DNA from: Eledone cirrhosa
Taxonomy: Eukaryota
Length of the DNA: 64,000 nt
Direction: 5' to 3'
NCBI GenBank assembly: GCA_964016885.1
Contig: OZ024747.1
Location: forward strand, 15,996,001-16,060,000
Shown: in pieces, positions 13,167-26,215 of the stretch
How the letters are laid out: the number at the start of each line of letters is the position of its first letter
How positions within the stretch are numbered: the first letter of the stretch is position 1
Translations under genes and position numbers: made by a program
The notes under the pieces: model-generated
The model's input: the letters and a program-made list of their open reading frames with translations, nothing else
What the model was told of the DNA's origin: nothing
Database searches by the model: none

Positions 13167-13462
13167 TTCTTCTTCTTCTTCTTCTTCTTCTTCTTCTTCT
13201 TCTTCTTCTTCTTCTTCTTCTTCTTCTTCTTCTTCTCCCCCCTCCTCCTCCTCCTCCTCCTCCTCCTCCTCCTCCTCCTCCTCCTCATCATCATCATCAT
13301 CATCTTGCTGAATCCCCAAGAGAGAACAACCGAGAACAACCGAGCTCATGGATGTTATCCAAACATCTTGCTCCTGGTCTGCTGCTGGTCTTTGCCTAAA
13401 AATCTGTCGAGCGATTCTTTTCTTAGACATCTTAACTAGATGTCCGTAGTACTGCAGCATGA
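13167..13462 (-). mobile_element. RTE-type LINE 3' fragment with (GAT)(GAG)(GAA)n tail
   Basis: LQYYGHLVKMSKKRIARQIF is homologous to 33090-33480. Confidence 0.65.
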
Positions 13463-14463
13463 ATATTCCATCGACTGTGTTATGGCTGGGGCAAAAATAA
13501 CACTGTCAATCAAATAGAATGAACTCGACAATGTTGCTACACTTCTTTCCCAGCATAGACATTGTCGGAGAGCTTTAACACAGATTACTCAATAATTAGT
13601 GCTTCTCTGTTTGAAAATTCTCACCCACCATTGATGTTGCTTTGGAACCTTTCCTGAGATCTAGACTACTCGAACCCATTACTGTTCCAGAATCTACTTT
13701 CTCTATTTAAGACGTTTAACATCTCGGAGAGAATTTAGAGAGGAAACCTGATAATATCTAGCCATTAACTTTTGGCCATCTCACCTAGTTTCTGCTCCTT
13801 ACCTATAAGGGTTGTAACGTGACTGTTGCTTATTGGTAATATTTGCACCCGCTAGACAATTCTTTTGGTCGCTTGATGCCCAAATGTTTTCGTACATCCC
13901 ACTTCTCGCAGAGCAGAGTTGTTCTGCTAGAGAATGGGTAGTTGGTTTGCGGTGGCGTTAGGCCCAAAAGATATGAGGGATATTTTCCACACAATTAAAA
14001 AAGAATAACGCGATTAAAAACAACAATATATCCTAGAATATATCGAATATCAAAAGCTACTGAAGCAAAACACATCAACCTCAGAAGTATGAAAATAAAA
14101 TGAAACGAACACGCAATATATATAATTTAAATTTAAATTCAATACCAGATTTAAATTATAAAAAAAATATGTTATATAGCTTTGTACAATAGGGTGTTTG
14201 TTTTTAAAAATATATATACATAACATGTATATACATCAAAGCAAACACCTAGATATGATAAAAACGAAACGATATAAAACCACAACTTACAACAAATGAC
14301 ATAAGTGTGTAGATAAATATTTATTTTATTTGTTTTTTCCATCACAGAGATTTGTTTGAAGATTCCTTGTGATTAAGATTGATCTGGTGGTGTAACAGAA
14401 TGTTGAGTTCAAAAGATGTCTTAGATATTTAGACACAACAAAATCTCTCTCTCTCTCTCTCTA

Positions 14464-14524
<61 letters not shown>

Positions 14525-14668
14525 CTCTCTCTCTCTCTCTCTCACACTCTCACTCTCTCTCTCTCACTCGCTCTCTCTCTCCTTCTCTCTCTGAGGAAGT
14601 CTTGAAGGAAACATCTGTTTAAATGCCTCACTCTCTTTGTTCTTATATATATCACTATGCGTGTGCGC

Positions 14669-14699
<31 letters not shown>

Positions 14700-14821
14700 T
14701 ACGTGTGTGTGTGTCTGTTTGTTTGCGTGTAGGCATGTGGTTGTTTTATAGGTTGGTATAATAAATATTGAAGGCACTGAATAGAGAACATTCATATTAG
14801 GGTGAAAATAATATTTGCTTT

Positions 14822-14876
<55 letters not shown>

Positions 14877-15016
14877 TGAATTATGTATAAACGAAGTCAG
14901 TGTTGCAGCATATGCACACACTTTATGGAATTTAACCCACAACAGACGGACTTCGTAACGTCATTGAGTGCTTAACTAACACACACACACACACACACAC
15001 AGACACACACACACAC

Positions 15017-15064
<48 letters not shown>

Positions 15065-15073
15065 TAGAACTTT

Positions 15074-15127
<54 letters not shown>

Positions 15128-15128
<1 letters not shown>

Positions 15129-15330
15129 GTAGGTCCCGGGTTGAGTCGGGGATAACCACAGTAAGTAAGGTACTCAATACATGGCAGAGTAAAATTTTTT
15201 TATTTTATAGAAGGAGCTTCTACAGGACTAGTACTGTTTCATTCAGATGAAATCTTCAGGAAGCTTCCTGAAGATTTCATCTGAATGAAACAGTACTAGT
15301 CCTGTAGAAGCTCCTTCTATAAAATAAAAA
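15128..15330. mobile_element. Family B: palindrome 15197-15330 (centre AAG|CTT at 15263/15264) plus tail, in (TA)n
   Basis: Perfect reverse-complement arms, with tail 15128-15196 on the minus-strand arm. Confidence 0.92.
15262..15312 (+). ncRNA. Type I hammerhead ribozyme (family B); mirror at 15215-15265 minus
   Basis: AGCUUC-CUGAAGA-U UUC AUCU GAA U-GAAA-CAG UACUAGUC CUG-UA-GAAGCU. GUA triplet; ACUAGU palindrome in loop III. Confidence 0.88.
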
Positions 15331-15433
15331 TAAAAAAATATATATATATATATATATAGACGTACCTACGTATATACGTATATATATACATATATATATA
15401 TAGAGAGACATGCATATATATATATATATATAT

Positions 15434-15958
15434 ACAAATAAAATTATCGAGAATCGAAACTTCGGCCCACGAAATAATGAAAAACAATCTCCGAAATGTG
15501 CGGCAAAGTGCTCAATGGTTCGGATGAACCAGAGCTATAACTAACGTTTAATACCAAACACACTGAGACGATGCTTAAACAATCATTCGCACAGCCAAAA
15601 AATACGATCAAGTAATTCGGGCCAAACAAATAAAAATATACATGATTGAAAAATTTACCCGGACCGCCTGGAAAGGTGCTAAAATCCAGCATTTGGGTTT
15701 CTGCGACTCCAAAATCAGGTACCGTCCGCCTACATAAAAAATGTCCGGCTTCTGGTAAGATGATGAACAAGGAATTCGCTTTTTCAACAGGCTTTTAGTT
15801 CAATAATACAGGGGAAGACTTTTACTGAATCCACGTGGGGACCAGCAAGGGAGGCAACCCCTATATTAGGCGAATGAATTCAGTTGTGTATATTATTGTA
15901 AGAATACAAAATATCACAAATCGAATTAGAGTTCTCAACAGACGGGTTAAAGTTAACA
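15434..15958 (-). mobile_element. Family N dispersed copy between (TA)n tracts
   Basis: Diverged reverse complement of the 606-bp unit at 60481-61356. Confidence 0.8.
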
Positions 15959-15972
15959 ATATATATATATAT

Positions 15973-16004
<32 letters not shown>

Positions 16005-16371
16005 CAAGTTAACAATATATATATATATATATACGTGTGTGTATGTGTGTGGGGGTGGTGGTGTGTGTGTGTGTGTGCGTGTGTTGTTAAAGATTTAAGT
16101 GAGTGAAAAGAGGGTGGAAGGTTTAAGAAAAAAAAAGATCTCTGTTGATTGCTGGTAAGCAGCTAATTTGCCTTATATGGTATTAGATATCAGAGAGCCT
16201 AGAGTTTGAACGAATGTCATACGGCATTTTATCTGATGTTCTATCGTCTCTGCTAATTCACTGCCACACACAAACACACACACAGACACTGACACAAATG
16301 CGCACATATAAATATGTATGTAAGTGTGAATATGTGTGTGTGACTGTGTGTCTGAATGTATGTGAGTGAGT

Positions 16372-16373
16372 AC

Positions 16374-16407
<34 letters not shown>

Positions 16408-16437
16408 ACACACACACACATACACACACACATATTT

Positions 16438-16489
<52 letters not shown>

Positions 16490-16490
16490 G

Positions 16491-16523
<33 letters not shown>

Positions 16524-16574
16524 TATATATATATATACACACACATATATATATATATATACACATACACACAT

Positions 16575-16627
<53 letters not shown>

Positions 16628-16650
16628 GATATATATATATACATATATAT

Positions 16651-16689
<39 letters not shown>

Positions 16690-16718
16690 TATATATATAT
16701 ATATACACATACACACAT

Positions 16719-16765
<47 letters not shown>

Positions 16766-16766
16766 G

Positions 16767-16801
<35 letters not shown>

Positions 16802-16852
16802 TATATATATATATACACATACATATATATATATATATACACATACACACAT

Positions 16853-16924
<72 letters not shown>

Positions 16925-16935
16925 GTATATATATG
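16372..16935. repeat. Higher-order compound microsatellite, about three repeats of a (TA)n/CA-block pattern
   Basis: The order CACACAGA, CACACA, CACACACA, CACATACACACATACACA recurs between TA runs. Confidence 0.75.
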
Positions 16936-17497
16936 TGTGTATGTATATATTATATACTCATATACCCGGTTATTTATTTTGTTATTAACGATTTAACCAT
17001 CAAAGTGTTACGCTCGTCGAATCTGTCTCGTTATCTTTGATGTATGTTTGTCTGATATTAACACTTTCATTTTGCACAAACTCTATAGTAAATGTTTGTG
17101 TTGTTTCATTAAAAATGTTTTTCATATACATAAATATGTCTGTGTATCGCTGAAGGCGAGAAAAAAACATTGTATCCGCTTTTAGATAATGTGAATGTTA
17201 GTTAGTGTCAGAGAGGGTGAGGATTGATGATTTGAACAGCCAACTCCATTGAACCAGACGCCAAGTGATCAGATTTGTGTTAATTTGTAATCATTGTCAA
17301 ACATAATTAACTTATGTATGACCCAGTCAAAAAAAGTTTAAAACCGTTACTAAGCTGAATATATACATTTTCACGGTTTTAATGAAATATTCATAACACT
17401 TGAATAAAATGTGACGTTTTCTCCTATTTTTCCATTATTATTATTATTTTTTTTTTTACCAGGAAACAGGAATCACCAAATATGTGTTAATTTAGAC

Positions 17498-17779
17498 AAG
17501 GCATAGGCAACCTTTTTCGAGAAACGGGCCGCAAGAGATATGGCTCATAATAAGGCGGGGGTAAGCGCTAATTTACATTCGTACCCACATTAAAAAAAGG
17601 GTGGTAATTCAGGTTGTTTTGATTTGCTTCTTCAGAATTCGTACACTTTGTTTTCCCCGATCGTAAACATGATAGAAAGATAAATTTCGACTTGTGGTAA
17701 AACAATCAGAAAGATTTCACTTAGGTGACATAGGCGAGCCATTCAGAGAGCTTCGTGGGTCGCATGCTGCCCATGACTG
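17498..17779. mobile_element. hAT-type MITE
   Basis: Imperfect TIRs AAGGCATAGGCAAC / GCTGCCCATGACTG and 8-bp TSD ATTTAGAC / ATTTAGGC. Confidence 0.7.
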
Positions 17780-18057
17780 ATTTAGGCATCGCTTTTCAAA
17801 TGTTTATTGACCTTGGCGTTTTTTAACACTAGGAACATTTTACAAGTCACGAATCCAACTATATAGAATGAATTGTTCAGGTTTCTATGCAAAGAATTCC
17901 GCCAGTCATTAATTCAACTGGTCTTTGACTGCAAAGCATTGCTCATTGCAAGAAAGAGGTGATAAGAGGTGAAAATCTGTAGGCGTGAGTTCGAGCGAAT
18001 ATGGCGGGGGGAGCTGAGCCACCCAATCTAGATCCCTCAGCTCCTCGCATGTCATCA

Positions 18058-18172
18058 TTGATGATTTCTGTAGAATTCAACAGTTCTAGTTCTGTAGAAG
18101 CCATTTCTATATTAAAACTGATATTTACACTCTACTAATGTATTGAGTACCTTACTTACTGTGGTTACCTCC
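18058..18172 (+). mobile_element. Family B copy with degenerate HHR and tail
   Basis: ACAGTTCTAGTTCTGTAGAAGC...GTATTGAGTACCTTACTTACTGTGGTTA-(TA)n. Confidence 0.7.
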
Positions 18173-18191
18173 TATATATATATATATATAT

Positions 18192-18335
18192 TGTAGGGGG
18201 TGTGGTAAGGAACCACGTGGACCATAACGCACCAGAGTACTCAATACTTAGGGTAGTAGAGTGGGTAATAGGAAAAGAGTCACGACCGAGTTCGGAGCTA
18301 CCTGATAAGGTGATTCTGTTTATTTAAAACTCCGT
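18192..18335 (-). mobile_element. Family A tail-containing copy in (TA)n
   Basis: GTGGTAAGGAACC...GGACCATAACGCACC...GTAGTAGAGTGGGTAATAGG, as in 55240-55310. Confidence 0.75.
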
Positions 18336-18853
18336 TATATATATATTTCACTGAGGACTATCAGTTAAGATAGCCTCAGCTATATATATATATTTATATC
18401 TGGTGTGTAAACAAAAACAGTAAGATATAGATAGTGACTCAGATAGTGAGATGCAGTGGAAAAGAAGGCAAAATAAATAGTAATATAATTGGGAATAATA
18501 ATTCAATAAAATGATTTCTCTTCCGTTCCAAATTTCGTTACTTTCTATTTCAAACCTAGTTTCAGTTGAAATTATAATTCTCATTTGCGGCCAAAGTGTA
18601 ACGATCAAGATGATAAATTTCAACTGCAGAAGTAGGACAAACGGCAAAATTATGTTAAACTGCAAAGCATTATAAAACACATTAATTCAGAGCTCTGATT
18701 GATTTATTAAAATCTAAATTATTTGTTGCCGATAATTATCTAAATACATAAATAAAACATACTCGCATGTGTCAGACAGATGTATCAAATCTCAGATGTG
18801 TTGGCCCAAAACGCGTGGCAATATATATATATATATTATATTATATATATAAA

Positions 18854-18882
<29 letters not shown>

Positions 18883-18885
<3 letters not shown>

Positions 18886-19000
18886 ATATAGAAATGACTT
18901 CTACAGGACTAGAACTGTTTCATTCGGGAGAAATCATCATCTGCTATGTATTGAGTACCTTACTTACTGTGGTTATCCTCGATTGAACCCGGGATAATCT
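18883..19000. mobile_element. Family B copy (inverted short arm + tail)
   Basis: Minus-strand HHR 3' half joined to the plus-strand tail. Confidence 0.75.
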
Positions 19001-19010
19001 TATATCTATA

Positions 19011-19060
<50 letters not shown>

Positions 19061-19064
<4 letters not shown>

Positions 19065-19263
19065 AACGAGTAAGACCCCGACGGCTGAGCTCAAGCCGTT
19101 TCGAAGGCTAGTTCTGGACTATTTTAGTCCAGAATTAGCCGTCGAAATGGGTTGAGATCAGCCGTCGGGGTCTTACTCGTTCCTATTACCCACTCTACTA
19201 CCCTAAGTATTGAGTACTTTGGTGCGTTATGGTCCACCTGGTTCCTTACCACTTTTCCTTCGT
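19061..19263. mobile_element. Family A asymmetric hairpin insertion
   Basis: Short arm 19061-19121, long arm 19125-19263 including tail 19186-19263, with (TA)n on both sides. Confidence 0.9.
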
Positions 19264-19355
<92 letters not shown>

Positions 19356-19585
19356 TGAGTGTCTGTGTGTTTGTGTGTGTGAGCGTGTCTAAGACATTTT
19401 TTTAATGCATAACTAAATTTTATTGGTGTCGCTGTGGAAATGTAAAAAGATGTAAACATAATTCATCTACATTTATACATCGAAATCAAATGTTCAGTTC
19501 GCTCATCAGCTGTATATTTTACCATATACATAAAACGTTGATATCTTGACTGTAATTTTGTGTTGTTGCATGTGAATGATTTCGC

Positions 19586-19662
<77 letters not shown>

Positions 19663-19666
<4 letters not shown>

Positions 19667-19854
19667 AACAAGTAGGACCCCGGCGGCTGAGCTCAAGCCG
19701 TTTCGACGGCTAATTCTGGACTAGAATTAGCCGTCGAAACGGCTTGAGCTCAGCCGTCGGGGTCCTACTCGTTCCTATTACCCACTCTACTACCCTAAGT
19801 ATTGAGTACTTTGGTGCGTTATGGTCCACCTGGTTCCTTACCGAATTTCCTCCG

Positions 19855-19855
<1 letters not shown>
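19663..19855. mobile_element. Family A asymmetric hairpin insertion
   Basis: Same two 3' termini as 19061-19263 but a different central junction. Confidence 0.9.
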
Positions 19856-19893
<38 letters not shown>

Positions 19894-19970
19894 CGCGATT
19901 TCTCTTTCACTCTATGTATGTATGTATATATATATATATACATAGAGAGAGAAATCGCATATATATATAT

Positions 19971-20020
19971 AGCTTCCTGATGATGTCTCACGAATAAAAC
20001 AGTTCTAGTCCTGTAGAAGC
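19971..20020 (+). ncRNA. Family B hammerhead, probably inactive (GAAA mutated to AAAA)
   Basis: AGCUUC-CUGAUGA...UAAAACAGUUCUAGUCCUGUA-GAAGC. Confidence 0.65.
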
Positions 20021-20122
<102 letters not shown>

Positions 20123-20161
20123 GTATAAATATATTCTCTCACTCTCTCTCTCTATATATAT

Positions 20162-20243
<82 letters not shown>

Positions 20244-20258
20244 GATACTTGAACAGTC

Positions 20259-20309
20259 AGCTTCCTGATGATTTTTCACGAATGAAACAGTTATAGTCCT
20301 GTAGAAGCT
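20259..20309 (+). ncRNA. Family B type I hammerhead, core intact
   Basis: AGCUUC-CUGAUGA-stem II-GAAA-CAG..CUG-UA-GAAGCU. Confidence 0.8.
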
Positions 20310-20311
20310 TT

Positions 20312-20385
<74 letters not shown>

Positions 20386-20960
20386 GAGAGAGAGAAAGGA
20401 AGTGATAGATAGGTAGATACATATGAAGATATATGACCACTGATTTCAAGTTAACAGCGGTGTTTTATTCTATTGAGATGTAACTATGCAGTCTTTTTGC
20501 AAAACCAACATTTAAGCGATCTTTGTGTTGTCCAAAGTAGTGTGAATGATGTGTGAAGGACGGTATCTACTTTAGTTTCCTATTCCTAATATGTTGAGCA
20601 ATTCAATGGCCAAAATGATGGAAATATCACCATCTGCAGCAAACATTCGGTCGAGGTCTCAATCAGGAGAAAACATTCCTTTTTCTGACTGAACGGAGCA
20701 ATGATTACACACGGGCCAATTTTATTAGTGTTGAACCATGCTCCTCTCGGCAAACTTTTAATGAGGTAAAATAAAAGGAAGATTTTTCTCTGTTAATGTG
20801 GCCAATATTTTAATGTATTTTATGTATAAACAATTATAGCCACTATCAATAACTTGTTGGCATATGTTGCTATGCAACTATCTGTGTGAACATAGTTTCA
20901 CTACAACTAAATTTTTTAAATTTTCTTGTAATGGTTTATCCTCCATTGTGTCAATGACAC

Positions 20961-20991
<31 letters not shown>

Positions 20992-21515
20992 ACACACACT
21001 ATAGATGAGCGACATATTAATGCACAAATATTTTGCTAGCATTTTGGAAATTAAGATATCAAAAAACAAAAGTAGACATCAGTGAAAAAAAAAATTGAAT
21101 TCATAGCTTCTGTAATTTCTGAGATACCAGAAATCAATCGTCGAAACAAACATGAAAAAAAAAGCAATACCACCTAATTTTCTGGTGTTTGGATAATTTA
21201 GATGTGTGGAATGATGAAGTGGATGATCATGATGCCGCTCAGGTATTCAATAAAAAATAGTGATATTGCATGTTATTCTTTTTTTATACGTGCATGTTGT
21301 AAATATGATTTGTTTCATGTAATCAATTTTGTGCTAAAAATAATCCCCCCGCCCCTCACCCCATAGCACTCAACTACATCCTCGGCTAACTTAGAATACC
21401 CTCTATTTTTATAAGCTCAACAGAAATACAAATACAATATAGAGTTATTAACTCATATTGATACCCTGCAATTAACAAGCTGAAAGTATAAATACTGAGC
21501 ATTATAATATTAATA

Positions 21516-21712
21516 TGGCGGTGGATTGGTACTAATGGTAGAGGGTCGGACACCATGCTTGGACGCATAGAGTTACGGCCCTTTCCAATCTGAGTTCAAA
21601 TCCCGCCGAGGTTAACTTTGCCTTTCATCCTTACGGGGTCGATAAAATAAAGTACCAGTAATACACTGGGATAATTGCTGGCCTTGTGCCAAAAGTAGAA
21701 ACAATTATAATA
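21516..21712 (+). mobile_element. OR-like SINE
   Basis: Matches 3971-4160. Confidence 0.85.
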
Positions 21713-21857
21713 TTAATATGTGCAGAAGTAAAGACAGAAAATTCTACGTCTAAAATTACGAGGGTAGATTTCACCTCACCACAAATGTTATATATATTTA
21801 AATTAATTGCAGGGTTTCAATATGAGTTAATAACTCAATATTTTATATCTATATCTA

Positions 21858-21921
<64 letters not shown>

Positions 21922-22067
21922 ATATATATATCTAGGGAGTGTAACTTGGGGTTACGGCAGGTTCACCCGGGTGAGCACCCGATGTTTAGTTTCACTTCTG
22001 TGTTGAGGTGTAGAGCTATACAGAGTGTAATATATTGAAACAAGGACGATTGATTACTCCTTTTGGT

Positions 22068-22155
22068 AGGTGACGCGCGTTTCGCCACTGATCAGCTCAA
22101 GGTTCGATCTGTATCGATTTTACCCGATTCAAAAATCGGCAGCTCGTCGGAGCCT
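22068..22155 (-). ncRNA. Hammerhead-like motif within a TA-flanked element (about 21932-22180)
   Basis: Minus strand reads AGGCU-CCGACGA-GCUGC...GUGGC-GAAA-CGCGCG-UC-ACCU. It has a U4C core change and a bulged stem I. Confidence 0.6.
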
Positions 22156-22179
22156 TTAAAATGGTATAAGAAAATGAAT

Positions 22180-22246
<67 letters not shown>

Positions 22247-22422
22247 AACATGTGGAGAGGAAGCACACGAGTTAGGATATATATATATATATATATGAAA
22301 ACAGGGAGAAAGAGACGATTATTAGGAAGAAAAATATTTTGGTTTTCCCTTTTTGTTTCTCTCTCTCTTTTTTTCTGGGTTAGAAAATGATTAAAACGAA
22401 ATGTTTTACTTTGTCTTAAGTG

Positions 22423-22465
<43 letters not shown>

Positions 22466-22468
<3 letters not shown>

Positions 22469-22884
22469 AGGGTGTTAAAGTTTGCTTGAAGCATTGTGAA
22501 ATGTGTAAAAATACGTATTTAAGAAAGCCACAACAATGCAAAGGGAAATCTCGAGGTAGGAAGTGAAATATAGATAGGAAAAACAGGTGAAAGTGAAAAT
22601 TGAGAGAGACAAAGATGAAAACAAAACGGCATTCCTGTCTTAACGACATCACAACTTTCTCCGCTTGGCCTGTTTCCCCCCTTTTGGAACTTTTCCCCCG
22701 TTGATGGGCGTGAGCCCGAAATATTGGGATTAAAACTCTACTACGGTAACCCTTCTACCTTTGTTTTGTTTTCATCTTTGTCTCTCTCAATTTTCACTTT
22801 CACCTGTTTTTCCTATCTATATTTCACTTCCTACCTCGAGATTTCCCTTTGCATTGTTGTGGCTTTCTTAAATACGTATTTTTA
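22466..22884. mobile_element. Family D inverted repeat (arms 22506-22627 / 22763-22884) plus tail, in (TA)n
   Basis: 122-bp reverse-complement arms and a 40-bp tail. Confidence 0.88.
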
Positions 22885-22898
22885 TATATATATATATA

Positions 22899-23331
22899 TA
22901 TTATAATAGAATATAAAAGAAAAACGAACACAGTCATATACATATATGTGTTCAAATCGTAAGGGACCAGATTCGCTATGGTGAAAAGAATACTAACTAT
23001 AGAAAATTGGGTTTGCTTATCTCAATTTAAGAAAAAATCAAGAAAATAAATACAAACCGGAATTGTGGTAACTACCACAATTCCGGTTTGTATTTATTTT
23101 CATAATTTTTTCTTAAATTGAGATAAGCAAACCCAATTTTCTATAGTTAGTATTCTTTTCACCATAGCGAATCTGGTCCCTTACGATTTGAACACATATA
23201 TGTATATGTCCGTGTTCGTTTTTCTTTTTCTTTTATATTCTATTATAATATACGGCTTGGAAATATCTCTTTCTTAGAGCTATTTTGTTGTAAGAGACTA
23301 TTTTGAGTTCCTAACTCAATATATACCTTTG
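22899..23331. mobile_element. Family E palindrome (arms about 22899-23070 / 23073-23250) plus tail, in (TA)n
   Basis: Centre GTGGTA-AC-TACCAC; tail 23251-23331. Confidence 0.9.
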
Positions 23332-23437
<106 letters not shown>

Positions 23438-23461
23438 ATACGATCGCACGCATACAAGCAC

Positions 23462-23530
<69 letters not shown>

Positions 23531-25292
23531 AAATGAATACTTAGCAACGTTAGAATGTGAAACATTTTATGCATCAATAACAATCTATAACCTACTGAAT
23601 GAAAAATATAGAAAAAAGTACATATATTATGCAGCAAGTGTATTTAGGTGTTTAAACTGTGTTTCATTTTTATTTTAATCTTCATTAAAGGAAAGAAGTT
23701 GCTGAAATGCTTGTCACTGATATTATATAGAATTTTCTTCAATTTCTTTGTGTGTGGTTGTCCCTGAATGTGTGTGTATGTGTGTGCGTGTGTTTGTGTG
23801 TGTTTATGTGTGGTGTGAAAGAGAGAATGAAAGTGAGTTTGTGCGCCTGGGTTTAGGTTATTATGGGTTTGATTCTTCTCTATAATACTTCTTCACAATT
23901 TTATTTAATGGTTTATTTCTAGTTAAATTACATGAATAATTAGAAATTGAAATTCTGGAATGTTTTTCTTCAATCAAATATAACGTTTTAATGAATACTA
24001 AATAAAATGAGTTAAGTGGAATGATTCAGAAGTGACAATGGCAAGAATTTGGATTAAAAAAGTAACTTGATGCAGTGACGCTACAACATTTTGATTAATG
24101 GGAATTTTCCTTTTTGTTCAAGAACAAAACCTCCAAAACTTTGCAGCTCTCAAATTAAAGTGAAAAATCTTTCAAGACGAATTAAGAGAACTTAGTTCTT
24201 AATTTCTTGACAGTGTCACCCCCTTTCGTTTGAGATACACAAACAAATACTGCTAGTGATGTTTATATTTGCTGCCTAATTTAAACTCTCAATAATTGCA
24301 TTCAGAGAATTTTAATTACTCGTGTTTAACGTGATAACATTTAAGTCAGAAAAAACAACCACTCTCTATTTATATATTAATTTGATTCGTTAATAAATAA
24401 ACAAAACTATTCAGAATTTGCACATCAGCTTAGAGTTATACTCTCCTATTTAGTTCAAGTGATATATACACATATATACATACCTAATAATATATATATA
24501 TATTTATGTGTGTTGTGTGTGTGTGTGAGAGAGAGTGTGTGTGTGTGTAGTTGTTGTAAGGTTGCAATAAATGCGTCCGTAGGGAAGAAATACATTGAAA
24601 ACGATAAACATATCTGAGGACCTTGCGAATGCAGAGTCAGGTTCTATCTATAATATCTTGAACTGTTCGTCGGAGAAATATATGTAATGATGCATCACTG
24701 ATTCCTCGTTATCTATCTGTGACTAACAACAGAATGTTTTAGTCACTTTTAGTGTTCTAACATATATGTGTAGATCGTCAATTTTTTTTCAAGGTCTGGC
24801 CGTGGCCGTGGTGATTACATGCCATTTGCTAATTTTCAACCAATCAGAGTAAGTGTTGCTCAAAAGCATCCGCCATGTTTTTTTGTTTGTTTTCCTAGTT
24901 CATTTATTTTTGTTATTACGTCGTTATATGATTTAAAAAAAATTTATATTAACTATTTTTAAAACAAATGTAATATATCTCATTAATTTGCTCAGGGGAT
25001 AAAGAAAATCTATATAGAGTGATAATTGCAATTGTATGTAAATATTTTATTTTTATATTGTTTATTTATTTTATGTTTTCTATTATGTATAATATATTGA
25101 TTTAATATTGATTGTTTTTTGTTGGCGTTTATATTAAAAGTCTGAAAATATTTTTATACATCTTACACTAATATTTATAAGATCATTTATAATAACAATT
25201 ATATAATCTAATTACATTACAACGATAATTTATTATTAATATATATTATGTTTAACTAGAGTTATTACAAGCGTTGCCTTAAAAAAATATTA

Positions 25293-26215
25293 AACTAGAA
25301 ATGAAAAATGGGCAAGCTGAAAAGAGCCAGAAAATGTTATAATAAACCTTCAAAAGTGTGGGACTAGAGTTGTTACTCAAAAATATTGTAATCATTATCT
25401 ATCGTACATTCTGTGGCATGCTTTATAAAAATATCAATAAATACATCTATGTTTAATGTAATAACAGCTATAAATAATTACGTAATATTATTATCATATA
25501 CTCATAGTCTCATTTTATACAATCTGTGGCATCCTTTTATAAAAAAGAGACTCCTAAGGAATTCAAGACGACACGATAATTAATTAAGTGAATTTATAAT
25601 ATAGAATTCGGTTTAAGTGCATTTCCTATTAATCGTTACTAAACATCTAATATGAGATATTGGATATTAGCTTAAAGCAACCATGCCTTTATTTTACACT
25701 ATTTCACTGCATGCAAATTACCACGAGATCATGATATTAGATATAAGATACAGCAGAATATCTACATCTGTAAAAGTACGAAAGCGAAGTAATGATAATT
25801 GGATAAGGTAATTCCAGTCTGAAAGTTTGCAGTGATAAAAATTTGATGATACAATACGATTGTTAATGTTATAGTTCGATGAAAATGTAACAATATATAA
25901 CTAAATTATTTTAATATTAGTATATTTATAAATTTATCATTATAGATTTGATCGTTCATATAAGCATCATATTAATTTTCAACACAATTATTTTGTTACT
26001 ATGAGTATATGATAATAATATTACGTAATTATTTATAGATGTTATTACATTAAACATAGATGTATTTATTGTGATATTTTTATAAAGGATGCCACAGGAT
26101 GTACGAGAGATAATGATTACAATATTTTTGAGTAACAACTCTAGTTCCACACTTTTAAAGGTTTATTATAACATTCTGTGGCTCTTTTGAGCTTGCGCAT
26201 TTTTCATGTCTAGTT
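25293..26215. repeat. Diverged inverted repeat, arms about 25293-25508 / 25997-26215
   Basis: Reverse-complement arms with AACTAG...CTAGTT outer ends. Confidence 0.8.
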
